The notes below the pieces were generated by a model. That model was not told the DNA's origin, made no database searches, and saw only the letters and a list, made by a program, of their open reading frames with translations. The position numbers and the translations under genes were made by a program. This document shows positions 7,622-16,731 of a DNA stretch of 64,000 nucleotides, in pieces. The DNA lies in NCBI GenBank assembly GCA_050250895.1, contig JBFWNU010000002.1, positions 887,659-951,658 on the forward strand, given 5' to 3'. How positions within the stretch are numbered: position 1 is the first letter of the stretch; every line of letters starts with the position of its first letter. This stretch comes from Vulcanimicrobiota bacterium. GTDB taxonomy: Bacteria > Vulcanimicrobiota > Xenobia > Xenobiales > JADMJV01.

Positions 7622-10600
7622 ATGAATAACATCTCCGCGAATACACCCCAACCGCCCCAGCGGCGGGCGGCCATCGGCTCGGTCACGGCCAACCTCAACA
7701 AATCGGGCGCGACCAGCCCGGGCCAGACCGACACCGTTCACCTGGCCGGTAGCTGGTGGAACAAGATCTTCGGCAAGGAAGAGCAACCGGCTCAGCCGGC
7801 CCCTCCGGCCCAGAACAATACCCCGGCTCCCGCCGGTCCGGCCCAACCGGCTCCGGCTCAGCCGGCACCTGCTCCCATTCCCACCCCGCCCAAGGGCGGC
7901 GCCAAGCCGACCGACGCCGAGGTGACCAAGCAGGTGCGCGACCGCTTGCAGCAGATCGAGGCCGTGGCCAAGACCATCGGCGGCGACATGGGGACCACCG
8001 TGACCGCCGGCGACGAGTGGAAGCACACCTTCCATCCCGACGGCTCGCACGAGATCACCATCCGCCAGCAAGACCTGGTGGACAAGAGCGAAAACTACGC
8101 CATCGGCAAGGTGCTGGGCGAGGCTGCCAAAGCTCGCTACTCGCACTGGTCGGTGGACCAGCAGCACGCCCAGGACGAAGGCTACATGTACCTGCAGAAC
8201 TCGGTGGAGACGGCTCGCACCGGCGAGATCCTCTCCAGCCGCCTGCCAGGTGCTCCCACCTTCATGGACGATGTCTACGAGCAAGACCTCAAGCACCCCA
8301 CCGAGTGGTATCAAGAGCGCATCGCCGACAAGTTGATGCGCGAGGCCGAAGGCAAGCTCACCCGTGAACAGGCCGAAGCAGTGGCCGCCCAGGTCGGTTC
8401 TAAAGTTCCCAAGCACGTCCAATACGGCAACGGCGTCATGCACAACTGGTTCTATGGCGAGAAAGATCCCGCCATGGATGCCGATGTGGCTAACGCTTTC
8501 GACCGCACCAAGGGTGATATCGAGCAAGCCTACAAGATCAAGCGTTCGGCCCTCGAGCGCGACCTGACCCCGGTCGAGATCAAAGAGCAGGCCGAAGAGT
8601 CCTCGAAGATCGTGCGGGAGAAGCTGTGGCCCGAGTACCAACGTCTGGTCGAACAAGACATCGCCGATTTGTCCAAGGCCCTCCAGGGCGAGCAGAGCCC
8701 CGAGCAGCAGGCCAACCAGAATCAGCAGTCGGGTCAGTCGGGTCAATCCGGCCAGTCCGGGCAGTCGGGCGAGATGAGCCCCGAGCAGATGGCCAAACAG
8801 CAGCAGATGCAGCAGCAGAAGCAGCAGGACGCCAATCAGAATCTTTCCCAGGCTGGCCAGCAGATGCAAAAAGCCGGCCAGAAAATGCAGCAGAGCCAAC
8901 AGCAGAACGGCCAGCAGGCCGGTCAGCAGATGGAGCAGGCGGGCCAGCAGATGCAGCAGGCCGGCCAGCAGCAGGGCAAACCTGACGCCAACTCTCTGCA
9001 GCAGGCCGCTCAAAATATGGAGCAGGCCGCTAACCAGATGCAGCAGATGGGTCAGCAGCAACAGCAGATGACCCCCGAGCAGATGCAGCAGATGGCCGAT
9101 CAGATGAAGGCCCAGCAGGGGATGCAGAATGCCGCCCAGCAGGCCATGCAGCAGAACCCCGGCGCCGTCGAGCAGGCCGCCAATCAGGCTCTCGACCAGA
9201 TGAAGAATAATCCTGACATGGCTCGCTCGATGCAGCAGTCGATGACTCAGGAAATGCAAGATGCGATGCGCAACAACCCCGAGATGGTCGAGCGCGCCAT
9301 GGAACAGCTCCAGCAGAACCCCGAGCTGATGAAGAAGGCCATGGAGCAGATGCAGCAGATGCAGCAGGATAATCCTGAGATGCAAAAGCAGATGCAAGAG
9401 CTCCAGCAGCAGATGCAAAAGGACCCGGCCAAGGCCCAGGAGCAGATGCAGAAAATGGCCGAGCAGATGCAGCAGAACGCTCAGATGAAAGAGCAGATGC
9501 AGCAGATGCAAAACCAGATGGCCAACGATCCGCAGAAGGCCGCCGAGCAGATGCAGCAGCTGGCCGACCAGATGCAGCAGAATCCCGCCATGAAGGACCA
9601 GATGCAAAAGCTCGCCGAGCAGATGCAGAAGGACCCTCAGGCGGCTCAGCAGCAGATGCAACAGCTGCAAGAGCAGATGCAGCAGAACCCGCAGATGGCC
9701 GAGCAGATGCAAAAGCTGGCCGAGCAGATGCAGAAAGATCCGCAGGCCGCCCAGCAGCAGATGCAGCAGATGCAGGATCAGATGCAGCAGAACGCTCAGA
9801 CCAAAGAGCAGATGCAGCAGCTGCAAGAGCAGATGCAAAAAGATCCGGCCAAGGCTCAAGAAGCCATGCAAGAGCTCGGCAAGCAGATGGAGCAGAACCC
9901 CGAGCTCAAGAAGCAGATGCAGCAAGCCATGTCCGAGGCTCTCCAGAAAGATCCTCAGGCTGCCCAGCAGGCCGCCGAGAAGATGATGGACGACCCGGCC
10001 ATGCAGCAAGCCATGCAGAACGCCATGAAGAACAATCCGGCGATGCAGCAGGCGATGCAGGATGCTTTAAAAGACAACAAGCAACTGCAAGACGCGATGA
10101 GCCAGCAGATGCAGAACAACCCCGACCTGATGAAACAGGCCGCGGAGCAGATGCAGAAGGATCCCGCCGCCGCCCAGCAGGCCATGGACCAGCTCAAGGA
10201 CCAGATGACCCCCGAGCAGCAGCAGGCCATGCAGCAGGCGATGGAACAGGCCAAGCAAGACCCGGCCAAAGCCGCCGAGGCGATGCAGCAGGCCATGGAG
10301 CAGAACCCCGAGCTCAAAGAGAAGATGCAGCAGCAGATGCAGCAGCAGATGCAGCAGCAGCTCAAAGACAATCCCGAGCTCGCCAAGCAGGCCATGGAGC
10401 AGCTCAAAGACAACCCGGCCATGCAGAAGGCGATGCAAGAAGCTCTGCAGGACGAGCTCAAGAAGAATCCCGAGGCCCTCAAGAAAGCCGCCGAAGAACT
10501 CGAGAAGAACCCCGAGGCCAAGAAAGCCGCCGAGGAGGCTCTCGAAAAGCAGCTCAAAGAGAATGGTCAGCCCGAAGAAGCCAAGCAGGGCAAAGCCGGC

Positions 10601-12217
10601 GAGCAGTCTGAAGAAGACAAAGCCAAAGAAGGCGGCAAGGGCCCCAAGATGCCCAACATGCCGAACATCCCCGGCATGCCTCCGATGGGCCAGAACGACA
10701 ACAAGGACGCCAAAGAAGCTGGCGACAAGATGAAAGAAGCGGCCGACGCGATGAAAGAGGCCGCCCAGAATCCCGACAAAGCCGGCGAGAAGATGCAAGA
10801 AGCCGGCAAAAAGATGCAAGAAGCCGGCAAGAAGCTCGAAGAGATGGGCAAACAGTCCGGCGACAAAGAGATGGAGCAGGCCGGCAAAGACATGCAGCAG
10901 GCCGGCCAGGAGATGCAAGAGGCTGGCGAAAACCAGCAGCAAGCCGATGGCCAGCAAGGCGAAGGCCAGCAGGGTGAGGGCCAGGAAGGTCAGCAGGGTC
11001 AGCAGTCGGGCAAGCCCGGTCAGCAGTCCGGCAAACCTGGTCAGCCCGGTCAGCCCGGTCAGCAGGGTGGCGAGCAGGGCGGGGAAGGTCAGCAGTCTCA
11101 GGGTGCTGAGCAGACCGGCCAGAACCCGCCTGCCAAAGACCTGCCCAAGATGAGCGAAAAAGAGGCCAAAGAGCTGGCTGAGAAGATCATGCAAGAGCTC
11201 GACAAAGACCTCAACGAAAAGCTCGAGACCGAACAGAAAGACGCCCGCCGCGAAGAAGGCGAGAAGGCTCAGGACCAGCGCGACATCCAGAAATCGCAGG
11301 CCCAGCCTCCCCGCGAAGACATCGGCAACCAGCGCACCAACGGCCAGTCTCAGGGCGGCTCGACCTCAGAGATCGACCTGGCCGACCTGGAAGATTTGGT
11401 CCGTCAGAAGCAAGACCTGGCTGCCAAGTTCGAGGCCATTCAGACCGATTACGACAAGTATCATATGAACGTGGCTCCGATGGCCGACGAACTGGCCGGC
11501 GAGCTCTCTAACTTCCTCAACGAGAACACCCGGCCCAAGTATGAGCACACCACTCACAAGACCGGCAAGAAGTTGAGCATCAAAGCGGCCATGCGCAGCG
11601 AAGCCAACTATGAGCGCACGGGCGTGTGGGACCCGGACGTGTGGTTGCGTCGTACCAACCCCAGCAAGCGCGGCCACAAGTTCATGTTCGTGATGGACGA
11701 GTCGGGCTCGATGGGCTCGAAGGGCGACCCTAAGTGGGACAACTCCATCAACGGCCTGATCATGGGCGGCGAGGCCCTCGAGTCGCTCGACATCGAGTTC
11801 GGCATCGTCGGCTTCTCGGACCGGCCCCTGGTTCACAAAGAACTGCACGACAAATATCCCGAGAAGCGCCAGGCGATTCTGGCCGACATCGAGCGGGCCC
11901 CTCACGGCTCGACCAACGACTCGGCTGGTATCCGCACCGCGATGGAGATGATCGAAAAAGGCGCCGACCCTGAAGATGAAAAGGTCATCATCGTGCTCAC
12001 CGACGGTGAGGGCGATACGGCCGGCGTCAAGAAACTGCTCGAGGAGGCCCGCGAGAAGAAGATCCACATTATCGGCGTGGGCATCGGCCCCGGCACCGAC
12101 TTCGTCAAGCAGGTCTATGAGCACCACATCGTGGTCGAGAAGCTCGAGAACCTGCCCATCGAACTGGCCGAGCTGATTCAAGAGCGCATCGAAGGCGAAT
12201 CGAGCGAGTTCTACTAG
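7622..12217 (+). CDS. Large vWA/MIDAS protein with degenerate metallopeptidase-like N-domain and Q/M-rich repeat stalk
   Basis: RBS GGAGG. MIDAS elements DESGS, GSTND and VLTDG. About 800 aa of Q/M/E/K-rich helical and G/Q low-complexity sequence. Confidence 0.9.
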   Translation: MNNISANTPQPPQRRAAIGSVTANLNKSGATSPGQTDTVHLAGSWWNKIFGKEEQPAQPAPPAQNNTPAPAGPAQPAPAQPAPAPIPTPPKGGAKPTDAEVTKQVRDRLQQIEAVAKTIGGDMGTTVTAGDEWKHTFHPDGSHEITIRQQDLVDKSENYAIGKVLGEAAKARYSHWSVDQQHAQDEGYMYLQNSVETARTGEILSSRLPGAPTFMDDVYEQDLKHPTEWYQERIADKLMREAEGKLTREQAEAVAAQVGSKVPKHVQYGNGVMHNWFYGEKDPAMDADVANAFDRTKGDIEQAYKIKRSALERDLTPVEIKEQAEESSKIVREKLWPEYQRLVEQDIADLSKALQGEQSPEQQANQNQQSGQSGQSGQSGQSGEMSPEQMAKQQQMQQQKQQDANQNLSQAGQQMQKAGQKMQQSQQQNGQQAGQQMEQAGQQMQQAGQQQGKPDANSLQQAAQNMEQAANQMQQMGQQQQQMTPEQMQQMADQMKAQQGMQNAAQQAMQQNPGAVEQAANQALDQMKNNPDMARSMQQSMTQEMQDAMRNNPEMVERAMEQLQQNPELMKKAMEQMQQMQQDNPEMQKQMQELQQQMQKDPAKAQEQMQKMAEQMQQNAQMKEQMQQMQNQMANDPQKAAEQMQQLADQMQQNPAMKDQMQKLAEQMQKDPQAAQQQMQQLQEQMQQNPQMAEQMQKLAEQMQKDPQAAQQQMQQMQDQMQQNAQTKEQMQQLQEQMQKDPAKAQEAMQELGKQMEQNPELKKQMQQAMSEALQKDPQAAQQAAEKMMDDPAMQQAMQNAMKNNPAMQQAMQDALKDNKQLQDAMSQQMQNNPDLMKQAAEQMQKDPAAAQQAMDQLKDQMTPEQQQAMQQAMEQAKQDPAKAAEAMQQAMEQNPELKEKMQQQMQQQMQQQLKDNPELAKQAMEQLKDNPAMQKAMQEALQDELKKNPEALKKAAEELEKNPEAKKAAEEALEKQLKENGQPEEAKQGKAGEQSEEDKAKEGGKGPKMPNMPNIPGMPPMGQNDNKDAKEAGDKMKEAADAMKEAAQNPDKAGEKMQEAGKKMQEAGKKLEEMGKQSGDKEMEQAGKDMQQAGQEMQEAGENQQQADGQQGEGQQGEGQEGQQGQQSGKPGQQSGKPGQPGQPGQQGGEQGGEGQQSQGAEQTGQNPPAKDLPKMSEKEAKELAEKIMQELDKDLNEKLETEQKDARREEGEKAQDQRDIQKSQAQPPREDIGNQRTNGQSQGGSTSEIDLADLEDLVRQKQDLAAKFEAIQTDYDKYHMNVAPMADELAGELSNFLNENTRPKYEHTTHKTGKKLSIKAAMRSEANYERTGVWDPDVWLRRTNPSKRGHKFMFVMDESGSMGSKGDPKWDNSINGLIMGGEALESLDIEFGIVGFSDRPLVHKELHDKYPEKRQAILADIERAPHGSTNDSAGIRTAMEMIEKGADPEDEKVIIVLTDGEGDTAGVKKLLEEAREKKIHIIGVGIGPGTDFVKQVYEHHIVVEKLENLPIELAELIQERIEGESSEFY
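9350..9990 (+). repeat. Coding tandem repeat of about 6 x 35 aa (105 bp), unit QMQQNPxMxEQMQKLAEQMQKDPQAAQQQMQQLQE
   Basis: Period visible in the translation as alternating NP/DP helix breaks. Boundaries approximate. Confidence 0.75.
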
Positions 12218-12218
12218 G

Positions 12219-12665
12219 ATGACGCGGGATCTTCCGGCGCTGCGCAAGCAGCTCGAGGAGTTTCTGCGGCGCTACGGCAACGACGGTGAACCCGTCGCTC
12301 TGCTGGGCGGCGAGTCTCTGCCTGACACGCTTGCTTTCGAAGCCGTGGTGATGGCCTATCCCAAGCGTCGGGTGGTGCACCTCGACGGCACCCTCAGTCT
12401 CGACGAGGATGCCGTGCGAGATGGACTGGTGAAGGCCTTCGAGAAGAACCATATCTTGCTGGTCACGCTGACCCGCAAGGTGGGGCTCGAGGTCTTCAAG
12501 CCCCTCGAGAAGTTCCTGGCCGAAGGCAAGCTCGACGTGCTCAAGCCCTGGGGCTGGACCACCGCCGAGCCCTCCGACGATTTTCGCTTGATCATCCACT
12601 CGCGCCCAGGCTCGTTTCCTTTCGACGAGAACGTCAGCCTGAAGTTCAACCTCGACACCCAGTAG
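12219..12665 (+). CDS. Small protein resembling a catalytically dead single AAA module
   Basis: Starts 1 nt after the vWA stop. GEPVALLGG..., RDGLVKAFEKNHILLV and DDFRLIIHSRP are collinear with motifs of the upstream AAA modules. Confidence 0.65.
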   Translation: MTRDLPALRKQLEEFLRRYGNDGEPVALLGGESLPDTLAFEAVVMAYPKRRVVHLDGTLSLDEDAVRDGLVKAFEKNHILLVTLTRKVGLEVFKPLEKFLAEGKLDVLKPWGWTTAEPSDDFRLIIHSRPGSFPFDENVSLKFNLDTQ

Positions 12666-12668
12666 CTT

Positions 12669-13946
12669 CCGGGTTTGCTCCAGGATTTCGCGGGAGCACG
12701 TCCCCCCGGCCGGTCAGGCCGGGTTTGCTCCGAGTTTTCGCGGGAGCATGCTCCGGCTTTTCGCGGGAGCACCGTCCTCGGGCCGGTCAGGCCGGGTTTG
12801 CTCCGAGTTTTCGTGGGAGCACGCTCCGGCTTTTCGTGGGAGCACCGCCCGCGGGCCGGTCAGGCCGGGTTTGCTCCAGGATTTCGCGGGAGCACCGCTC
12901 GCGGCCGGTCAGGCCGGGTTTGCTCCGAGTTTTCGCGGGAGCATGCTCCGGCTTTTCGCGGGAGCACCGCCCCGGGCCGGTCAGGCCGGGTTTGCTCCGA
13001 GTTTTCGCGGGAGCATGCTCCGGCTTTTCGCGGGAGCACCGCCCTCGGGCCGGTCAGGCCGGGCTTGCTCCGAGTTTTCGTGGGAGCACGCTCCGGCTTT
13101 TCGTGGGAGCGCCGCCCTCGGGCCGGTCAGGCCGGGCTTGCTCCGAGTTTTCGTGGGAGCACGCTCCCGCTTTTCGTGGGAGCAACGCCCGCGGGCCGGT
13201 CAGGCCGGGTTTGCTCCAGGATTTCGCGGGAGCACCGCCCCCGGCCCGGTCAGGCCGGGTTTGCTCCGAGTTTTCGCGGGAGCATGCTCCGGCTTTTCGC
13301 GGGAGCACCGCCCTCGGGCCGGTCAGGCCGGGCTTGCTCCGAGTTTTCGTGGGAGCATGCTCCCGCTTTTCGTGGGAGCAACGCCCGCGGGCCGGTCAGG
13401 CCGGGCTTGCTCCGGCTTTTCGCGGGAGCACCGCCCCGGGCCGGTCAGGCCGGGTTTGCTCCGAGTTTTCGCGGGAGCATGCTCCGGCTTTTCGCGGGAG
13501 CACGTCCCCCCGGCCGGTCAGGCCGGGTTTGCTCCAGGATTTCGCGGGAGCACCGCCCTCGGGCCGGTCAGGCCGGGCTTGCTCCGAGTTTTCGTGGGAG
13601 CACGCTCCGGCTTTTCGTGGGAGCGCCGCCCTCGGGCCGGTCAGGCCGGGCTTGCTCCGAGTTTTCGTGGGAGCACGCTCCCGCTTTTCGTGGGAGCAAC
13701 GCCCGCGGGCCGGTCAGGCCGGGTTTGCTCCAGGATTTCGCGGGAGCACCGCTCGCGGCCGGTCAGGCCGGGTTTGCTCCGAGTTTTCGCGGGAGCGCTC
13801 CGGCTTTTCGCGGGAGCACCGCCCCCGGCCGGTCAGGCCGGGTTTGCTCCGAGTTTTCGCGGGAGCATGCTCCGGCTTTTCGCGGGAGCACGTCCCCCCG
13901 CCCGGTCAGGCCGGGCTTGCTCCGAGTTTTCGTGGGAGCACCGCCC
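12669..13946. repeat. Intergenic modular tandem array of about 20 units (49-74 bp) made of REP/BIME-like hairpins
   Basis: 19 copies of CCGGTCAGGCCGGG plus a partial first unit. Each is followed by one or two GCTCC-N11-GGAGC hairpins and a short C-rich linker. Confidence 0.95.
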
Positions 13947-14021
13947 GGCGAGCCCGGGCCACGGCCGGCCCACGACCGAAGCGAAAGAAGACTGAACGGC
14001 GCCAACAGAGAAGAGGCGGCC

Positions 14022-14468
14022 ATGAAACCCGTTATCAATCTTGACGAACTCGAGATGGTCCACGAAGACAGCGGCCAGAGCTATGGCATCATCTCGGACA
14101 ACATCGGAGCCAAGAAGCTGGGCTACAACCTGTCGGTGTTGCCCAAAGGGGCTGACTCGGTGTATTTTCACAATCATCACGTGGCCGAGGAGATGTTCTT
14201 CATCCTCGAGGGTGAAGGGATTCTGCGCTTTGGCGACCAGGAATACCCGCTGCGCCCTAACGACGTGATCGCCTGCCCGCCGGGGGGTAAAGAAGTCGCT
14301 CACCAGATTCGCTGCACCAGTGATACACCCTTGAAGTTTCTGGCGCTGGGCACTCGCGAGACCAGCGAAATCGTGGAGTATCCCGATGTCGGTCGCGTGA
14401 TGGTCGCCTCGGGTCCCGAATTCCACCGCAACTTGCGTCTGGTCTTTCAGGCCGACAGCGCTCTTTAG
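14022..14468 (+). CDS. Cupin domain protein
   Basis: GAGG RBS before ATG 14022. Motifs IGAKKLGYNL, FHNHHVAEEMFFILEGEG, AHQI and EIVEYPD. Confidence 0.9.
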   Translation: MKPVINLDELEMVHEDSGQSYGIISDNIGAKKLGYNLSVLPKGADSVYFHNHHVAEEMFFILEGEGILRFGDQEYPLRPNDVIACPPGGKEVAHQIRCTSDTPLKFLALGTRETSEIVEYPDVGRVMVASGPEFHRNLRLVFQADSAL

Positions 14469-14556
14469 GCCTGGCCGCGGCCGTGGCCGTGCTCTTCGGA
14501 CGCCGCGATTCGGGATGGAGCGGCGCCTCAGGGTGGGGACGAATTTGCCGGCTGCA

Positions 14557-15309
14557 CTAGAGCCCGGGCGGCATCTCGACTTCGATGCGCCACTTGTGCG
14601 GCTGGGTGGTCTGGCCTATCTCGAGGGCTCCGGGGCCGGGCACCTCGACCGTGGCGGTGAAGGCGCCGCTGCCATCGGCTTTCCAGTCGGCCAGTTTGCG
14701 ACCCTGATAGAGCAAAGCCCCTTCGCGCGGTCCGGTATGGACCTGGCAGTGCACGGTCACTTCATAGCCGCTGCCTTTTGGACGCACGGTCCGGTCGACC
14801 ACCTCGACGGTCAAGAACGAGAAGCACTGCGTGAAGAGATAAGTATCGCCTTCGCCGACCACGCCCACCCCGATGCGATTGAAGCTGGAATTGAGCAGGT
14901 TCTTGCGGTGGACGGGGCTGCGAATCCAAGCTTCGACCGCCTTCTGGGCCAACTCGGGCACTTCGTAGCCGCGGCATTTATAGATATTCTCGCCGATGGT
15001 CAGGTCGTAGTAGCTAACCAGCACCAGCCTGTCTTTGAGGTGTTCGCAGGCCTGGTTGGGTGAGGTATGGGCGAAATAGCCCAGTTCGAGCATCTCGGCC
15101 GAGTGCCCGCGGGCGGCTTTGCTCAGTTTCTGATGCTCTTCGAAGGGAGGCAGGCCGTTCTGAACCCGATACTCGTTACACTGCTTGATGATCTCGAGTT
15201 CGACCGCGCGCAGCGGGTCGGTTTGGGCCCGGCCCTGAGTCGGCACCAACAAATAAGCGCACGTGAGTGCGACAATGAGCGGAAACAATCGCAGGGCCGA
15301 TCTCAGCAT
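14557..15309 (-). CDS. Secreted CAP/SCP domain protein
   Basis: Signal peptide; NEYRVQNGL, ARGHSAEM..GYFAHTSP, GENI, WIRSPVHRKNLL. Confidence 0.9.
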   Translation of the reverse strand: MLRSALRLFPLIVALTCAYLLVPTQGRAQTDPLRAVELEIIKQCNEYRVQNGLPPFEEHQKLSKAARGHSAEMLELGYFAHTSPNQACEHLKDRLVLVSYYDLTIGENIYKCRGYEVPELAQKAVEAWIRSPVHRKNLLNSSFNRIGVGVVGEGDTYLFTQCFSFLTVEVVDRTVRPKGSGYEVTVHCQVHTGPREGALLYQGRKLADWKADGSGAFTATVEVPGPGALEIGQTTQPHKWRIEVEMPPGL

Positions 15310-15351
15310 CTTGGTAAGGAGGGTATTCTGACCTGGAGTTGGGTTTTCCCT

Positions 15352-16731
15352 CTAGGGAGCTATGGCGGTCCAGAGGGCTGGGCCGTTTTCTCGCCACAGT
15401 GTGGCGTCGTCACTTTCGGGCAGTTCGAGGGTGATGGTCGGGATGTTGCGCTCGCGACCCATGTAGGTGCCGAACGAACCCGGAGTAGGGTAGCCGATGT
15501 CTTCGCTGATTGGGTAGCCATTGTGGACGGCCATGGCTTTGGCCAGTTCGGCGGCCGGTCCGTCGAAGTTGACCGTCTTGAAGGGCAGATGAATCGAAAC
15601 GATTCGGCTGGGGGGAAGATTAGCATAGAGTTCGAGCACGGCTTGAGTCTCGGGCTCGGAGGCGGCGTTCGGGCCGCCCCAGGTGTCGGGGGTTTCCTTT
15701 TTGCCCGTCCAGTTCTTGGCTGGATAGTTGCGGTTGAGGTCGACCCCGTTGGCGTTGACGCGCTGGCCCAGGTGGAGCCCGTCCGGGTTGACCATCGGCA
15801 CGATGATGACCCGCTGGCTGCGAGTCCAGGGCAGCTGCGACTTGAGTTCCTCGAGAAAACGCTGCAGCAGGCGAGTGCTCTCGGGCTCGTCTCCGTGAAA
15901 ACCGGCCAGCAACCAGACTGTTTCGGGGCCTCGTCCTACCCGCCAGGAGGGAATGGGGCGGCCCTCCACCGAGCGCCCCAGCTCCTCTTCCACCAGTCCG
16001 CCGGGAGCGAGTTGGGCCAAGACTTCTTCGGCCCCACGGGCGTCGGCCATGATGAGCGTTCCGCCCAGCCAGGGCAGGCTGAGGCTGGTCTCGGTCAGAT
16101 GGGCATGGTGGCCACCCAGGGTGAGCCGACGGCCCTGTTCGTCAACCTCGTGGCTAATGGTCACCAGGCTTTGGCCGCGGCCGAACCGGCCGTCGACCAG
16201 GCGAGCGTAGCCCGATTGCTCGAGTTCACGAAAGGGGGATTGGCTGGCCACATGGCCATAATAGGCATCCAGGCGCCCGGCCTGGCGCAGCTGGTCGTAG
16301 GCGGCCAGACTATAGCCGGCCAGCAGTTGCAGCTCGGCCGCCTCGAGCAAGAGTTCGCGGTCGGGCAACTCCAGGGTGCGTCCGAGTTCGTCGGCGGCCG
16401 CTACCAGCTGGCCGTCCCGGCGCAACTGTCGGCACTTTTGCAGGTGGAGTGGTCGAGAATCAGGATACTTCGCCAGTTGAGCTTCCAGCCATTCGGGATC
16501 GGTCTGGCTCTGGGCCAGGGCCGCATCGGGAGTAAGAAACAGGTTGGGGTCGCCCTCTAACCCATAGCGCGGGAAGAGTTGGCCCGGACCAGGACCGTAT
16601 TCGAGCACCTCCTGAGCCAGGGCCGGCGCCAGGAGCAGCAACCACAGGCAGATCAGGCGGCGAAGAAGGCCTGGATTTCGTCTTTGCGGGCCCATACGTC
16701 CTCTCTTCCGAAGCCGATGAGGGCCTGACAA
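15352..16731 (-). CDS. M14 zinc carboxypeptidase (MpaA-like murein peptide amidase) with N-terminal extension; start uncertain
   Basis: GFHGDEPES, NPDG, RVNANGVDLNRNYP, SEPET, SIH, GYPTPGSFGTY, ITLELP. Confidence 0.85.
   Translation of the reverse strand: MSGPHRLRKRGRMGPQRRNPGLLRRLICLWLLLLAPALAQEVLEYGPGPGQLFPRYGLEGDPNLFLTPDAALAQSQTDPEWLEAQLAKYPDSRPLHLQKCRQLRRDGQLVAAADELGRTLELPDRELLLEAAELQLLAGYSLAAYDQLRQAGRLDAYYGHVASQSPFRELEQSGYARLVDGRFGRGQSLVTISHEVDEQGRRLTLGGHHAHLTETSLSLPWLGGTLIMADARGAEEVLAQLAPGGLVEEELGRSVEGRPIPSWRVGRGPETVWLLAGFHGDEPESTRLLQRFLEELKSQLPWTRSQRVIIVPMVNPDGLHLGQRVNANGVDLNRNYPAKNWTGKKETPDTWGGPNAASEPETQAVLELYANLPPSRIVSIHLPFKTVNFDGPAAELAKAMAVHNGYPISEDIGYPTPGSFGTYMGRERNIPTITLELPESDDATLWRENGPALWTAIAP

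Noticed and set aside
4669-12217. Cobaltochelatase CobS/CobT, NorQ/NorD or CbbQ/CbbO annotation
   Set aside because: Those ATPases are single-module and sit with cob, nor or cbb genes, none of which are here.
4603-12247. Long antisense ORFs (560, 320, 834, 375 and 293 aa; Leu/His-rich)
   Set aside because: Shadows of strongly biased CAG/ATG/GAG codons on the coding strand.
12669-13946. CRISPR array
   Set aside because: The variable parts are only a few recurring 8-11 bp variants rather than unique 25-45 bp spacers, and there are no cas genes.
12675-14044. Long ORFs in all three + frames across the repeat array, including a 597-aa repeat-cupin fusion
   Set aside because: The repeat unit simply lacks stop triplets on the + strand, the same peptides cycle through all frames, and the cupin has its own RBS and ATG at 14022.
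15067-16560. 497-aa + strand ORF
   Set aside because: Antisense to the motif-supported M14 and CAP genes.
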